From: Camelus dromedarius
Lineage: Eukaryota
Assembly: GCF_036321535.1 (NCBI RefSeq)
Contig: NC_087436.1
Span: 109,246,001 to 109,310,000 of the forward strand
Reading direction: 5' to 3'
Length of the DNA: 64,000 nucleotides
The notes under the pieces were generated by a model, which ran no database searches, had not been told where the DNA came from, and saw only the letters and a list, made by a program, of their open reading frames with translations. The first letter of the stretch is position 1. Every line of letters starts with the position of its first letter. Positions 26,780 to 40,313 of the stretch are shown piece after piece. The position numbers were made by a program, and so were the translations under genes.

Positions 26780-27520
26780 ACTTAACCAAATGCAGGAAAC
26801 CTTTCTGAAGTCCCCAAAGTGGAATCTAAACACTAAGTGGAAATGCATTCTCAAAGTTAGTTTGGAAATATGTCATGCAATAAAATTACCCCGAGCTAAT
26901 TTACCATTTCTCTTTCCTAAAGAAACATGTCAGGCTGCTGAGGCAAGCTCTAAGGCTTTATGCAGGAAGCATTCAATAGGTTCCCATGCTTGTGTTCAAA
27001 GTGCGCTATTATCCAAGTAGCCTGAACTGAGGAGGGAAAAAAAAAAATGACTCATGTACAGCTTTATTCGAGACATTTGCACTACAATGAACTAAGCAAA
27101 GCAACAGGTCAAGTTAAAAAATATTGCAAAAAGCAACAGCGGCCGAAGCCCCTTTAAGGGGAGTTTTGGACTGGAAAGCCCTTTTGCTTCGTTTCATCAT
27201 TATTTTCCCCGAGTTTCCCGTGTTTGTATTTGAATGCTTGCACTTGAACATTAGTTTCACAATCACCTATTCTACATTTGGTATTGATGAAGTTCAACAT
27301 ATGCTCAGCAATTCACTGCTACTAAAATAAGAAATGCAAATTCAGCTAAGTGCGCTCCAAGTCTAATGTTAAGCTGGGCCTGGGTTCCTTTGTAGTTTTT
27401 GTAGAGTATTATCATTAGGAGAGAAGGGTTAATGGCAAAGGCCGATGATTGTTTAAAAATTCACATTACCAAAGTGGATTACATTGCATCTACTGAGGGG
27501 ATCAACAATGTAAGCCTACA
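26780..27520. promoter_or_regulatory. Candidate conserved non-coding element / developmental enhancer
   Basis: No recognisable repeat and several retained CpGs. Octamer ATGCAAAT at 27334-27341, SOX-type ACAATG and CTTTGT motifs, AAGTGCGCT twice (26999, 27348). Conservation not tested. Confidence 0.45.
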
Positions 27521-29399
27521 CTAAGCCATTATTGCAGAAACAAAGCTTTCATTTTAAGCCTTTGGAAACAAGCATAAAATGGACAAAAGAAAAAATTCTT
27601 CTGATGTAAGAACAAGGCAAGTACTACATGCTTTTCATCCTTACTCACTTTGAGAGCCATGATGAATGTGCAAAAAATGGACCATCTCCCCAAAGAACGC
27701 ATCATTACATTACAACATATCAGCATTTTGGAAAATGCTTCTTCTCTATCGTTAGAAATCCAACAGAAATCCTTCATTTAAGTGTCTTTTTTCCTTTTTT
27801 TGAGAATCAGTCACAACATGGAGAAGTACACTTTTGAGGAATGTCTCACCATTTGTCCTTTTATCTTCTAATGAGAAGAAAAAGAATGATTCTGAAAAGT
27901 ACATTCTGGCAGCCAGTGTCATAGTTGATGCTTTGCAATAGGAATTCATTACAAACAATACTGGTATGTGGTTAACTGAATGCTAAACCACCAGTTATGG
28001 GGAGCAGGCTACATGTACTTGGTAAGTAGTATTTTCCATGACAAATTCAGAAGTGCATTACTGATATCCCATTTTACAGCTGCAGAAACTGAGGCTCAGA
28101 GTGGAATAATGCTACCTAAAAATATTCACAAGAATTAAAATTGGATAATATATCAATGGACAGCAATGTATAACTAAAAGTATGTATGGCAGTCACTCTA
28201 GCAGTTATATTACAAAAGAATATTCAAGATACAAATATAAACATATAAAAACAGTATGAAATATTTTATATTATACAAAATACTTAATTTTATAGTTTTG
28301 ATAATTAAATATTTTAAGATAACTAGATAAAACATAAATATAATAAAAGCCAACACTTTCACAATGAGAATCCTGGGAATAAATGTCTACTAGAATACTA
28401 GAATTCTGGGCTTAAAGAATGGAAGTTTTATTAGACAGAAAATTTTGTTAGCAGATGAGTGTCACTGAGGCTTGTTAAACTAGAATCTTTAGTCCAATAA
28501 GTATAATGCTCATGATAGACATTTTTATAGTACCTCTAAACTGTCTTCTATATCTTATTTTAGTTTTTTATACATAAAAAACATCATGTATAAACTTATA
28601 TAAGAACATTTTCTCTGGTCCCTCAGCAAAACCACCGCCTGGCTTCACCTCCTTATACTATGTATTTAAGGGTTGGGGGGGTTGATTTTGGGGTAAAAGT
28701 TGATAATAAGTATGTAATAAAACCATAATCAATGCTGAAAAGAAAGAAATTAAGTGGCATGGAATTGATGACATGTTTATAACTCGCAGAACTGTAAACT
28801 CCTTGTAGGCAAAAGACCCAAGAATAAATCTTTGTTTCCCCCATAAGGCGTAGCAAGCAATAAACCCTGGAGTAACTGAGTGAATGAATGCATAAAGTTC
28901 ACTATGCCTTGCCCAGTTCACATTTTTGGAGACTGAGAGGAAGCCGGAGGCAGGTGACTTTACTGCAGGCTCTGTTACTATCCTTGCTCGGCTCATTCCC
29001 ACCACCAAGAAAATAGAAGTCCACACAAAGCAGGGACGTCATTTCGAGACAAAAGTACCTTTCATGCAATAGCTCTCAAAGTATTTTTACATGGACGTAT
29101 ATTGTAAAAAGTAAATATTTTATGTACATATAGAGAAAGAAAGAGGGAGACACACATACATATATGTAGGTGTTAAAAGTCCTTGAATATAGAGTTCTCC
29201 ATACATTTCAATTAATGAATGATTGAAATATTGACTGAACACCTACTATATGCAGAGCATCACAATGCATTCTGTACTGACCTCCTCTCTGATAAAGGAT
29301 ATACCAATGAAACTCTAAATAGACCATTTCTAATAGCTTGAAATTCTAGTATTTCTACTTTGTATTTAATCACTACATTATCCATGATAATTAAACTAA

Positions 29400-30330
29400 C
29401 TCAAACAAATCAGGGAGAAGGTCCAGCGCGGTGACTTCCCCCTCCCATCAACAACCCCCACACTGAGGTAACAGTTCCACATACATTCTTCCCTTTCTCT
29501 AAGTTTATAAAACATCTTCAAATCTGATATAACCATGTATACAGAATTAGTAAAACAAAAATGGAATCATAATAGGTCCAAAAGCCTACATCTTTTTCTC
29601 ACTTAATAATATATCATGGACATCCACTGAGGTCAATGCTGAAGGCTCTAATTCATCATTTTTAATATCTACATAATGCTGCATTTGGGTTCACCATACT
29701 TCACTGAACTATTCCATTATTAAGAAAGATTCACAATTTTCCCAGATTTTTGTTCTCACATTGATGAAGAATAGCTTTGAAGACATATTTCAAATATTAG
29801 CGCATTTGTGTGGAAATGTCCCTTTATCGAGAGACGCTGTACTCTTTCTTAGCTTTATGCTGTTACACACAGTAATGTAGTACAGTGTTCAAAACATAGT
29901 TTTACATATTTGTACATTTATTTATACAAGATAGATTACTAAAAGTGAAACAGCTGAATCAGGGGTATGATCACATTTATTTTTATTTTTTAATTTTACT
30001 AGGTAATACAGATCTCTTTCCAAAAAAGTTACAACCCCTACATCTATGTAGAAACTTGCTCATTTTCCCCAAACCTTCACCAACAGTAGAGAATATCACT
30101 ATTTCTCCCTTTTGTCAAGGTTGTAAACAAAATACCAGATATCCTTTTCTTTGCATTTCCCATGCTGCTGGTGACTTTGGGCAGCTTTCCATGAATTTAT
30201 TAGCCATCTGCAGGTCTTCCTTTGTGAATTACCTATTAATATCATTTACTCACTTTCCCTTATATCATTTGTCTTTCTGAATCAATTCATAAGACTTCTT
30301 TCTATATGAGAAGTAAATAACCCTTAACCA
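29400..30330 (-). mobile_element. Very old LINE-1 (L1ME-like) 3' region
   Basis: 'aaaatggaatcataata...ttttctcacttaataatatatcatggacatc', 'ttgcatttcccatgctgctggtgac', 'ttattagccatctgcaggtcttcctttgtgaattacctatt' are reverse-strand old-L1 motifs. Confidence 0.75.
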
Positions 30331-30749
30331 GGTCTACTTTTTCTTCTCCCCATTGCTTCGTGGAAATATGAATATAGTGTGAGCCAAGAAAACAGACAGC
30401 CCAGATTGCTGGACTGGTTTAAAACAAACATTAGTGACATTGAAAGAAAGTTTACAATGTTTACTTTCCAAATTACTAAATTGTACAAAGATGGGGGGGA
30501 GGGGAGTTGTCTTTGTTTTGTTGAATCATGTATCTCAAGAATCAAGAACAGAGCCTGGCAAACAGTAGGAACTCAGTAAATACCTACTTATACATTTATT
30601 TATTTATAGAAAATTTTGGAATAAATGTGTCTGTATATATACATTAACCTCTAAAGCTGTAAAATATTTGTTTTCCAGGTTGGAGTGAAGGTTGTTTGAA
30701 CTCTGTCATTATGCAGTGTTTCTAATCCTTGACATGTCTCAACATTTCA

Positions 30750-30915
30750 TTTAATCCTGAGAAGCAGATCTCATTACTTCTGTATTAAGGATGAGAAAAC
30801 CAAGACTGAGAAAGTCATCCAAGGCAACACAACTGATAAGTAGAGAGCTGGAATATAAATTCAGGTTTTTCTGACACCAGAGGCCAACACTTTCCACTAT
30901 GTCATCCTGCCTCTC
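30750..30915 (-). mobile_element. MIR SINE
   Basis: 'tttaatcct...gatgagaaaaccaagactgagaaagtcatccaaggcaacacaactgataagtagagagctggaatataaattcagg...ctgacaccagag'. Confidence 0.8.
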
Positions 30916-31530
30916 AGAATGTATATCTGACCTGGGGTTGCCAGAAATACACTCATCATTCAATTTTCAACTTGAATTGCCTCAGGACTGAGAAACAACC
31001 TAAGACCCACAAACCAAGAATAGCATTCCACTTGCAGTCATAATACATAAAACATTTATTTTTGAGACCCTAAAAATAGTTGTAAAAATATGGTCTCTAA
31101 GACATTTAAGCAGTGATGTGGAAAAATTAAAGAAAAAAGAAAAATAGAAGGCAGAAAGCAATAAGAAGGTTACTTTCTAAAAGAAGCCAAATACTGTGGC
31201 AAAAGACTACAGGAGAATGTGATTAAATCAATATGGTTTGTGAACAATATCTTACAACTAGTCTAGAAGCACCAGTACGAATTACAGAACTGAAGACTCT
31301 CTTAATCATGTCAAATTCTAACACAATCACACAGAGATTGTCAAAGACATATGTTTAACAATAAAATCAAATAATAGCATTTCAAGCTACAAAATAAATT
31401 TCATAATAACTTGAAGTAAGAAAGATGTAAACTTGATTAACTAAGCTTGTGTGTCTGTGTGTCTGTGTGTGCACATAAGTGTGAGTATACAGATTAAATC
31501 CCAGTTCTTTAAAGGGACAATTAAAAAAAA

Positions 31531-31605
31531 TTTATATATGTATATGTGTGTATATATATGTATATATGTATATGTATACACACACACATACACATACACA
31601 TACAT
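31531..31605. repeat. Compound (TA/TATG/CA) microsatellite
   Basis: 'tatatatgtatatgtgtgtatatatatgtatatatgtatatgtatacacacacacatacacatacacatac'. Confidence 0.9.
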
Positions 31606-34319
31606 CTCTCCAAGCTGTTGAATGACACAATTTAGTAATTTCTACTGCATAACATATGATTATCACTGATCAGACTATTTTCTGAAACTCCATAATGTTC
31701 TTATTTATGCAACCAAATCAGTAAATTTTTTTCTTTCATTTTTTAAATGCTTTTTCTTGCAATGATTGCCAGGAATTATTAGTGACTGGCTGTCACAAGT
31801 TCACCTAGGTGTTTATAGTTAGCAAATATGATAAAAAATTTCCTCAGGCAAAACTGTTGGATTTTTTTTTAATTCAGACTCACCACAGTCTGTTTTCATT
31901 GTAAGTTAGATCAAAATACAAATCTCTCAGCTAGGAATTTGATAAAGGTAAAGCAATGGCACAAATAATGAACTATTAGCTAAAATACCAACGACTACCA
32001 ATGTCAGCGTTGGGGCTGACAGATACCATTGCTGCTAGAACGCAACACTGCCATGGACTCACTTGGCTAGTAGGATTGAATGAAAACCCTCCAACCCCAA
32101 AGCCACATAGTTTGCTGTTGAAATCCAAAACCTTGGTATTATTTTTTGGTTAGGGTTAGACTTCTTTTCTGTCAACATTCTATGTGACAGAACATTCTTA
32201 AAAGACAGAAAGCTTAGATTAAGGTGAATGCTGACCCAATACATTTTAAATAGCTGAATAATAACAGCACCTCTACTGAAAATCAAGCAGCAAAAATTAT
32301 AATCAATTTCTTATAGACAGAACCCCATGTAAATTATTAGAATGATAGTTATTAAAACAAAGAAAATCTGTTGTACATTTGTTATCTGAAGAGAGATGAA
32401 AGTATTAATTATAAGTTCTACTCTAAATAATATCTGGGAATTTTTTCCCTTAGTATGTATTTTAATTTATCTAGAACCATAGCATATAATCTCTATAACA
32501 TTCCATGAATGGTGGTTACTCATGAAAATGGGAGAATGTTAATTTAAAATGGTAATCTAAAACAATTTGTACTTCTCTGAGATACATTGTTTGATAAGGA
32601 ACTCGTAATGTGATCTAATCATGAAAAGAAATGCTTATCTGGTATTATAAAACAAGTAAGCTCTTATAAATCCATTCTGATGTTTTATGACACTAACATC
32701 CATTTAATTTTCATGAAAGAGTGTCAATTTAATAAACCACTAAAATGATTTAAAACTGGAACACTCCTTCCCAGGAGATGTTTCCAGGAGTTTAAAGAAT
32801 GTTTTTTTAATACCAGTTCTTTGTTTCTTCCTTGTATTCCTAAAAGATCTTCACAACAACAAAGACATTCATATTACAGATTTCAAGAATTTAACTGGAA
32901 TCAAATAATGCCATTTCTAAAATCCAATCACGATAGGAAACATCAAACTTTGCTCCTCTAGGCCTTAGGTTTATTTTTGACCAAAAGAAGCTACTGAAGT
33001 CCTGTTGCCTCAGAGGAGAAGAGAATGTTCCAGTCTGGCCCCTGGTCCAGCCGCCCCAGAACTGCCCCTCCTCGGCCATCCCTCCTTCTCCAACCTTCTG
33101 ACCCAGCTTGGTCACACAGCAAACTGTGTCTGGGGGGGAGGGGGGATGGGGAAAGTCAAGAAACAAAAGTCCCCAAGACATTCTGACAAAGAAGAAATTA
33201 TAAAAATTCTTAGTGTTTCACTAAATGATATCACACCATCATATCTGTATGACAGTTTTCAATTATAATTATTAAATTATAATTATAATTATTAAGCTCT
33301 TCTTGGTTCACATTAAAATGCCTAAATAAGTGAGTAACCTAAATTTTCCATACCGTAACTTAAAACCAGATATTTAACACACTTAGTGGAAACCCAATAT
33401 CTGATCCTATAGGAAAGAGTTTCATTTTCTTTAAAATAACACTCTGAGAAACTGTTCTGAAAATACAAACTTCTCATGTTGCACACCTAAACTGTCATGG
33501 TCATAAAATGAGACTAAATTCTTTAGCTAATCTTATTCGTGAAATATTTCACGTGCTTTTAGAAAATACCACATTGTCGCTAAACACTATTATTCCTTTA
33601 AGCCTGAAAATAACCAGTGGCTTACAGCAGTGAACAATTCAAATTGTGTTCCTTGTATTGGAACGCTAAAATGCTTACAGAAGTAGAACCAATATTAAAA
33701 GCCCTGAGAAACTCAGTATGTTTTCATCTGAATACTAATTCAGCAAATAACTTATGGGATACACATTTTCAGTGGCTTAATAGAGTGCATTTCAAACAAA
33801 ATTACATTAATTTTGCAATCAATCAAGCCTTAATATTCTGTATAATTTACTGAATATTCTATAAAGAATAGTCCATTTCAATTATAACAGTAAAACAAAA
33901 CAAAGAAAACCTTCCAGCCAAACTAGTACTATCCACTGCCAGTAACGGTATGTAACATAAGCTTCAGAAAAATTTAGGAAAAATTTTTAAGTTTTATAAA
34001 TTGTTTTCCATACTAACTTGTATTTAACATACAATCAGAATGCCTGTCTACAACACACCAAGTCCTACCTAAGATTACAACCTCTTTTTTAATTTGTAAC
34101 ACTGCCATTCTAGCACAATATAAAGGTATTCAACATTATTTCATCACAGCTTTAAAAGTTAATGTTATATTTACCTGTAAATGTAAATATCTGAGGGATA
34201 ATCTTGTTATAACAACAGTCTTAAAATGGGATGTAGAGTTTAAACTTCAAAACTGTTTTCTAATTTCCCAAATTTTCCTATACATTTATTTTTGTCAAAA
34301 TTATTTTAGTATAAAGTAT

Positions 34320-35200
34320 TGATTTCAGTTCACAAGGATTTATGGACTACCTCTCCTGTGACAGGTTCTGGGAATACAGATAATAACAAACACATTCTTT
34401 TCTTTTGAAGATTTTATAAATGAAAGCTAAGTTGAAATTAAGTCAGAGAATGAGTCCAAGCAGCATTAAAGAGCTTTCAGCATAATTACATGGGGAGACA
34501 ATTTTGAGACAGAGTACTCTGCAGTAATTGGGACAAATTCATTGATGGAAAGGAAGCATGACTCTAGCCAGCAAGACCATTTCAGACAAATGTAATAATC
34601 TAAAGCAATGGTAAACAGGATAGGAAAGGAAAAGAAAGACTCAAGAAATACTTAGGAGGCAAAACTGTCAAGGATTAAGGTTCACAGGATGTGAGGAGGA
34701 GAGGAACGTCTAAGTCTGATACCAGGTTGGTGCCCTAAGTGACCCAGGGAATGTAGTGCTGGGAGCTGCAAAAGAAAACAGAGGAAACGAACACATCCTT
34801 GATGGGGGTGAAAGGAGTACAGCTCAGAGAGAGAAAGAGAACTTTTTTGTGCTGGTGAAGTTTGAGTTGATCGTTTTTCGTCCAAGTTATACGGGCAGCA
34901 AATATTTTCAAGTACGAATCTGAAGTTCTGGGATGGTGAATCCAGATTTCAGCGGTGCTAGTTGGTGGTGAGGTTTAAAACAAGAGATTTCATTTTTTGC
35001 TTCCTTTTTTTTGTTGTTGTTTTAAGGACAGGGGAATCTTGATCATATTTGCAGGCAGAGGAAAAGGGCTAATAAAAAGCAATGAACTAAAAATACAAGA
35101 GAAATGGAAATACTTGGTGAAAAATAAACCAGATAGGATCAAGAAAAAAATAAATTAGTTATAACCAAGAAGAGGGCTCACTGCCTTATGCAGAGACTGA
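34320..35200 (-). mobile_element. Fragmented LINE-2
   Basis: 'tttatggactacctctcctgtgacaggttctgggaatacagataataacaa', 'gactcaagaaatacttaggaggcaaaactgtcaaggatt', 'gatcatatttgcaggcagagg'. Confidence 0.6.
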
Positions 35201-35859
35201 AAGTAGGGATGTGAGTGTGTCAAGAAGCTTCTAGCCCGGGAAATTCTAACTGGAGGTCCTTCATACTTTTACTGGAGTTCTTACTAAAAAAAATTTTCAT
35301 TGTTGTTTGTGAAATACTTGAGAGTAACTTTATTGTAAACAGAATATTTACTCTTTCAACTTAAAAATACCTAGAATAGGACTTTTGGCAAACATTATTT
35401 CAGTTACCAGCACAGCACTATTGTTATTACAGATTTAAAAACCAAGGAAACTGGTTTATAAACCAGAAGAATCACATCATTTGTAATCCTGAATTAATAA
35501 CGATGTTAGAAGCCTAAAATGTCTTAGGAATGGCACAAAATTAGACTTACTCTCAAAACTCCCCAAAAGAAGACTCAATGAAGAATGACGAAACCATTTT
35601 TATTTCATGCTGGTAAAGGTAAGAAGATGAAGTGTGCAAACTTTCATGCCCTTTATATCATCAGGATTTCATTATATTACACAAATACATGTGTCTGTAT
35701 TTATGTACCTCTGTACACATGTATGTATATAATTACAATCTTGATCCTACTTCATATAACAACATATAAAAATATATAGTCTTAGCAATTTAGTGCTTTA
35801 CCAACATTTTTATAAGTATACTCATGTGCAGAGAAGGGAAGCCTATAGACAAGCGTGCG

Positions 35860-36030
35860 TTCACTGAACACCACCACGGTCTGTCAGGGCTGTATCAGTT
35901 CTCTAACCCCCGCCACTGGTCTTTGAGGGAGTTAATGCCCCCATTTCACAGGGGCAGTGGCCAGGGCACAAAGAAGGCAGGTCAATACCACGTAGGTAAA
36001 AAGTGTCAGAGCTGGGATTCCAAAGCCCAC
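35860..36030 (-). mobile_element. MIR SINE (decayed)
   Basis: 'atgcccccatttcacagggg...gtaggtaaaaagtgtcagagctgggattccaaagcccac'. Confidence 0.55.
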
Positions 36031-36639
36031 AGATTCTTCATCAACGTTGCCTGCCCTCATATATGTCCTGTCTGACCTTACAGATTCAGTATAAACCGCT
36101 GCTTTCATATCTAACCCATAAACCTCTCTCTGCTCTATCATATCTAATCTACAAGCTACTGTATTCCTGGAATTTAACACATCAGGTTGCTTGTTGGGAC
36201 CTTGTATGGCCCCAGAGACCCTGTGATGAGACGACAGCATCTTCTGCTCTCGTCTGGACACTTACACAAATTTCAAAGTCCACTCCTACCTGATGAAGTG
36301 ATATATTTGGAGTCTGCCTTCCCATTTCCTGGCCTTACACTCCTTCCTCTGCCTGAGGAGCCTCTCCGCTTTCCCCACCTGGTGAACTGCTAATCCCCCA
36401 GGGCCCCGTCGCCTCTCAAATCTGATCTACAGCTTTTTGCGATGTGCATCTCTCTCCAGACAGCTGAGGGTCCCCTCGCCATGGACTCATGGATCCCTCA
36501 GAATCATAATAATTACTTTAATCTCTCTCCTGCTGGAATGTGAGCCTTTCAAAGACAGGGATAGTATTTTATTCCATGTAGAATCAATAGTTCATAAAGG
36601 AGTAATGTGGCACGTAGGAGAAAAGAAATAACTGCTTGC

Positions 36640-36890
36640 TGTGTAGTAAAAACAATGAGGGCTTTGAAGGTTGTGAGGGGAGACGGGGGAGTCTCAAATC
36701 CCGGTTCTGGCTCACACCGTCTGTGTGAGCTTGGGCAAGTCACCGCCTGTGAGCTCCATGTTCTCATCTGCACGGACACGTTACCCATCTCAAAGAGCTG
36801 CTACAAAGATTTGAAGAGAACTGACACACAAAAAAAATCCGAGTCCCTGGCACACATTTAATAATGTTAGTTACTTAATAAATGTTAGTT
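36640..36890 (+). mobile_element. MIR SINE
   Basis: 'tctcaaatcccggttctgg...ctgtgtgagcttgggcaagtcac...gttctcatctgc...cctggcacacatttaataatgttagtt'. Confidence 0.8.
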
Positions 36891-37876
36891 TCCTGCCCTT
36901 TCACCTCCCACCTTCTTGAATACTTGAATTCAATATAGGTAAGATTTAACAAGGGAAAGTGCATTTGTGGATTGAAAAAATATTACTCAGATGTGTAACA
37001 AGAATAAGGAACTACAGTAGGTGCTGTGTGCATGTCAGAAAGATGAATTTTTACACTGAGGGAGTTGAGGATCCCACGAGGAAAATACCAATTTTATGCA
37101 AATGATGATTTAAAAAAAAATAAGGTAGAAAATCATGCACTCTAAGTGCATGGATACCGCTAGGGAGAATGCAGTGGGGGTGCAGCTACTTTGGTTGGGG
37201 AACATGGGAAGTGACCACCAACAATCTGGATTCTAAAATAAGTTTGAAGAATTGATTATAAGTTGGAGTCATGGACATACGAGAAATGTAGGTAAAACGT
37301 TCAGTGTAAGCAAAGGCACAGAGGCAGGAGAGCAACAGATTTCCCTAGAAATAAAGATTGGTTTGATCTGACTTGCTAGCGCAAGAGCAGCCTGAGAAAG
37401 CGCAGTGGGATAAAGACCTCCAGCTCCTGGAGAAAAGAGCCCTGAACACCTACTGAAAAATTAAACACAATTCAGTCTCTGGTTTACAATTCTCATGCTT
37501 CCTAATTTGAGTCCCTCTACCCTACTTATTAGGACTTTCAAAGTTATACACAAGAGGAAAAGAGGATTAAAACACAAACTGGTATTGTATATCATGCACA
37601 GAAGCGAATTCTAGTGACTGATTTAGTTGAGAAAGGAGCAAAAGTTCTTTCTTCTAAAGGAGTGGTTTCATTTACTATTAATTTTAATGTTGGGCTATAT
37701 CTGACTATTCAACCCCAGCTTGCAGGATGGTGAGAGCAGAAAATCTGAGTAATGAAGAAAAAGAGTCTTGTGTATAAAATTAAAAAAAAAAAGTTTAAAA
37801 TAACACTTCCCGAGAGATGTCAATGTCCTTCTCTACTGACCAGTCCTCCTTTCCCCCGGTTCCTTACTCAAATGTT

Positions 37877-37895
37877 CTACTGCCCCCTGCTGCTT
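37877..37895 (-). promoter_or_regulatory. Candidate CTCF-binding motif
   Basis: Minus strand reads AAGCAGCAGGGGGCAGTAG, close to the CTCF core CCASYAGRKGGCRSY with one mismatch at the first C. Confidence 0.45.
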
Positions 37896-38814
37896 TAAGT
37901 TTCAGAAGCTTAAAAAAAAAATCCTTTCATCATCTTTCACTGATTTAACTGAGTCTATCATTTTTCTTTTCTTCCAGCATGACCCAGGTTCCAGGACTTA
38001 TTTCTGGGTCAAATGACATTTGGATAGCAATGAAGATGTTAGAATTATGCAAAACTCTGTAGGAGGAAATCAGAGCTTTGAAAATCTACACACTTAAGCA
38101 ATCCTATCATAGTTTATTTAATCCATCGTAGCTTATTTTGGACTTCTAAACTGTACATTTTCATCAGGAAGTAGCAACCTGTCCCTAAACACATCATTTG
38201 TCTCTCATTCAGATGGGGCCCCAAACATCCTAACCCAGGTATGCAAGCTGTGTGTGTAATTAGAGGTTTCCTGTGCATGGTATTCTGTATATGTTAGAGT
38301 AAATGTAACATAATGGATAAGCCTGGCTTACCCTATGTTATTAAAATTTGTTCATTAGTTTCAGTTTTTTAACATATGGTATAGACCTTAATTTTTTTCC
38401 CCAGGGGATATGATCTAACCAGTTTTAGTTGAAAGGATATTGTGCCTTCCTTTTTAACGTATGTGTGCACGCACGTATGTGTTTACACCTGTCATCATTC
38501 AGTATGTGAGATCTCAGGCTTCCATGATAAACTGGAGCAACAACAAAAAGGAAAGCCATCTGAAAGGTTCTCCATCTAACACTGACCAAATGTCACACCA
38601 TTATCTAAGTATGGCTTTCTTTCGATACTGCATTCAGCAGTTTTGAGTCCCTTTTATGAGCTAAAATGCAGTAAAAAGATTGACTCCTCTTTTCGGGAGT
38701 TCAGTCTAGTGTCCTAGGAAGGGGCTGCTCCTCTCGCATTTCTGATCTTAGCTAAATAAAGGTGTCACAATCCACCAACCAATTCAGACCAAGTATAGGA
38801 AAGCTATTCTTGAT

Positions 38815-39322
38815 TCCTGTTTGAATTATACACTGCGATGTAACAAAGCACCCTCAAACTTAGTGACTTAAAATGATAATCAATCATTATCTCAAAATCC
38901 TGTGGTTTTGCTCTTTTGAGCAAGCAGTTTGCTTCCTTTATATGATAAATAAATCGGAGGAGGGTGGTGCTGAGATGGCTAGAAGTTGCAAAATGGCTTG
39001 GTGGTTGGGGTTGGCTGGGAGCAAAGATGTGAATGTTGGCTGGGGATCTCAGTTTCACTCCATGTGGACTTCCCTACGTCACTTCCTGGGCTTCCTCGTG
39101 GCATGGTAGCTGTTCCAAGAAGATGCACTCCAACTGCAAGCATTCCAAGAGGACAATCCCCAATATGCCAAAATTTATCACACCTCTGCTTGCATCTCAC
39201 TCACTGATGTCTCACTAACCAATGCCAGTCATGAGGCCAAACTCAGATTCAATCAAAGGGACTCCATGAGGCCATGAGTACTGGAGGGTGTACTTCATGG
39301 GGACCAATGTAATAGTCTGCAC
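38815..39322 (-). mobile_element. MaLR solo LTR (MLT1H/G-like)
   Basis: 'tgtaacaaagcaccctcaaacttagtgacttaaaa', 'gggcttcctcgtggcatggtagctg', 'cctctgcttgcatc...ctgatgtctcactaaccaatgccagtcatgaggccaaactcag', ending '...gtctgcaca'. Confidence 0.85.
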
Positions 39323-40313
39323 AATTCCTCTTCCTTCCTTTGAATTCTCCATTCAAATATTCCCCCAATACATTTATAGTACCCATTTTCATCACCTTAG
39401 TTCAATCTCCAGTTCTCTTTATTTTATTTTCTTTCTTTTTAAGTTTTTTGGAAGTATCTATTTGTGCTTTTTAATTTAGGGTAGGGGGAAGAACAGTAAC
39501 ATTCATTCAGTGAATAAACATGTATTGAGTAGTAGTGAGGAATACATGTGGTTAGAACTGTGGGTGACACAAGACTGAACAAGATACTCCCTCTGCCCTC
39601 ACAGCTAAAACTCTGCAGCAGAAAATAAATAAAAAAATGCCCCTAGTGCCTCAAATCCACCCTTCTAATTGTAATTATTTTTCTAGCTTACAGATTTCAA
39701 TTTGCCACAGCTCCGCTTGAGCATACTCATTATCTGCCCCTGATAATTAGATGAGATCCACACCCTGCAGCCTTGCCAAGTTCATCTTCTGCTGCTCCCC
39801 TTCAGCTTCCCTCTCTTTTGTAGCTCTGTGTCTTCCTTCCTTGTAGCTGGCATGCTCTTTCCCGGTCTCAGCCCCAGGAACATGCAATTTTCGTTCTGGA
39901 GCCACACTCACCTACTTTTCTCTAAGGCTCCAACAGAGACAGAAAGAATGAATCACACACATATGCTTCCACAGACTGCAAGCATCCCTCCAACTCAGTA
40001 CTGGTGCCGTTCCACTGTGGTCTGTATGCTTGTTCTTTCAACGGACAGCAGGCTCCCTGTGGGCACCACGTTCGTGGTTACACAACTTGGCATTTTCTAC
40101 TCTCACTACAGCTCGGTATGTGGGAGGAAGCAGAGGAAGGGGTATCTCATATAATTTCTTTCATTTCTATGAAACGTGCTGCCGTTCATGCACTACTTTT
40201 GATATAAAAATATCATCACAGTTGTAATCATGTGTTAAATTGACCTCAGACCTTCTCCAAGATAAAATATGTTCTAAAGAGAAATGGGGGCTAATAAAGA
40301 AATTTCTCTTCTG

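Noticed and set aside
32148..32160. Telomere-like GGTTAGGGTTAG
   Set aside because: Fewer than two full units; not an interstitial telomeric repeat.
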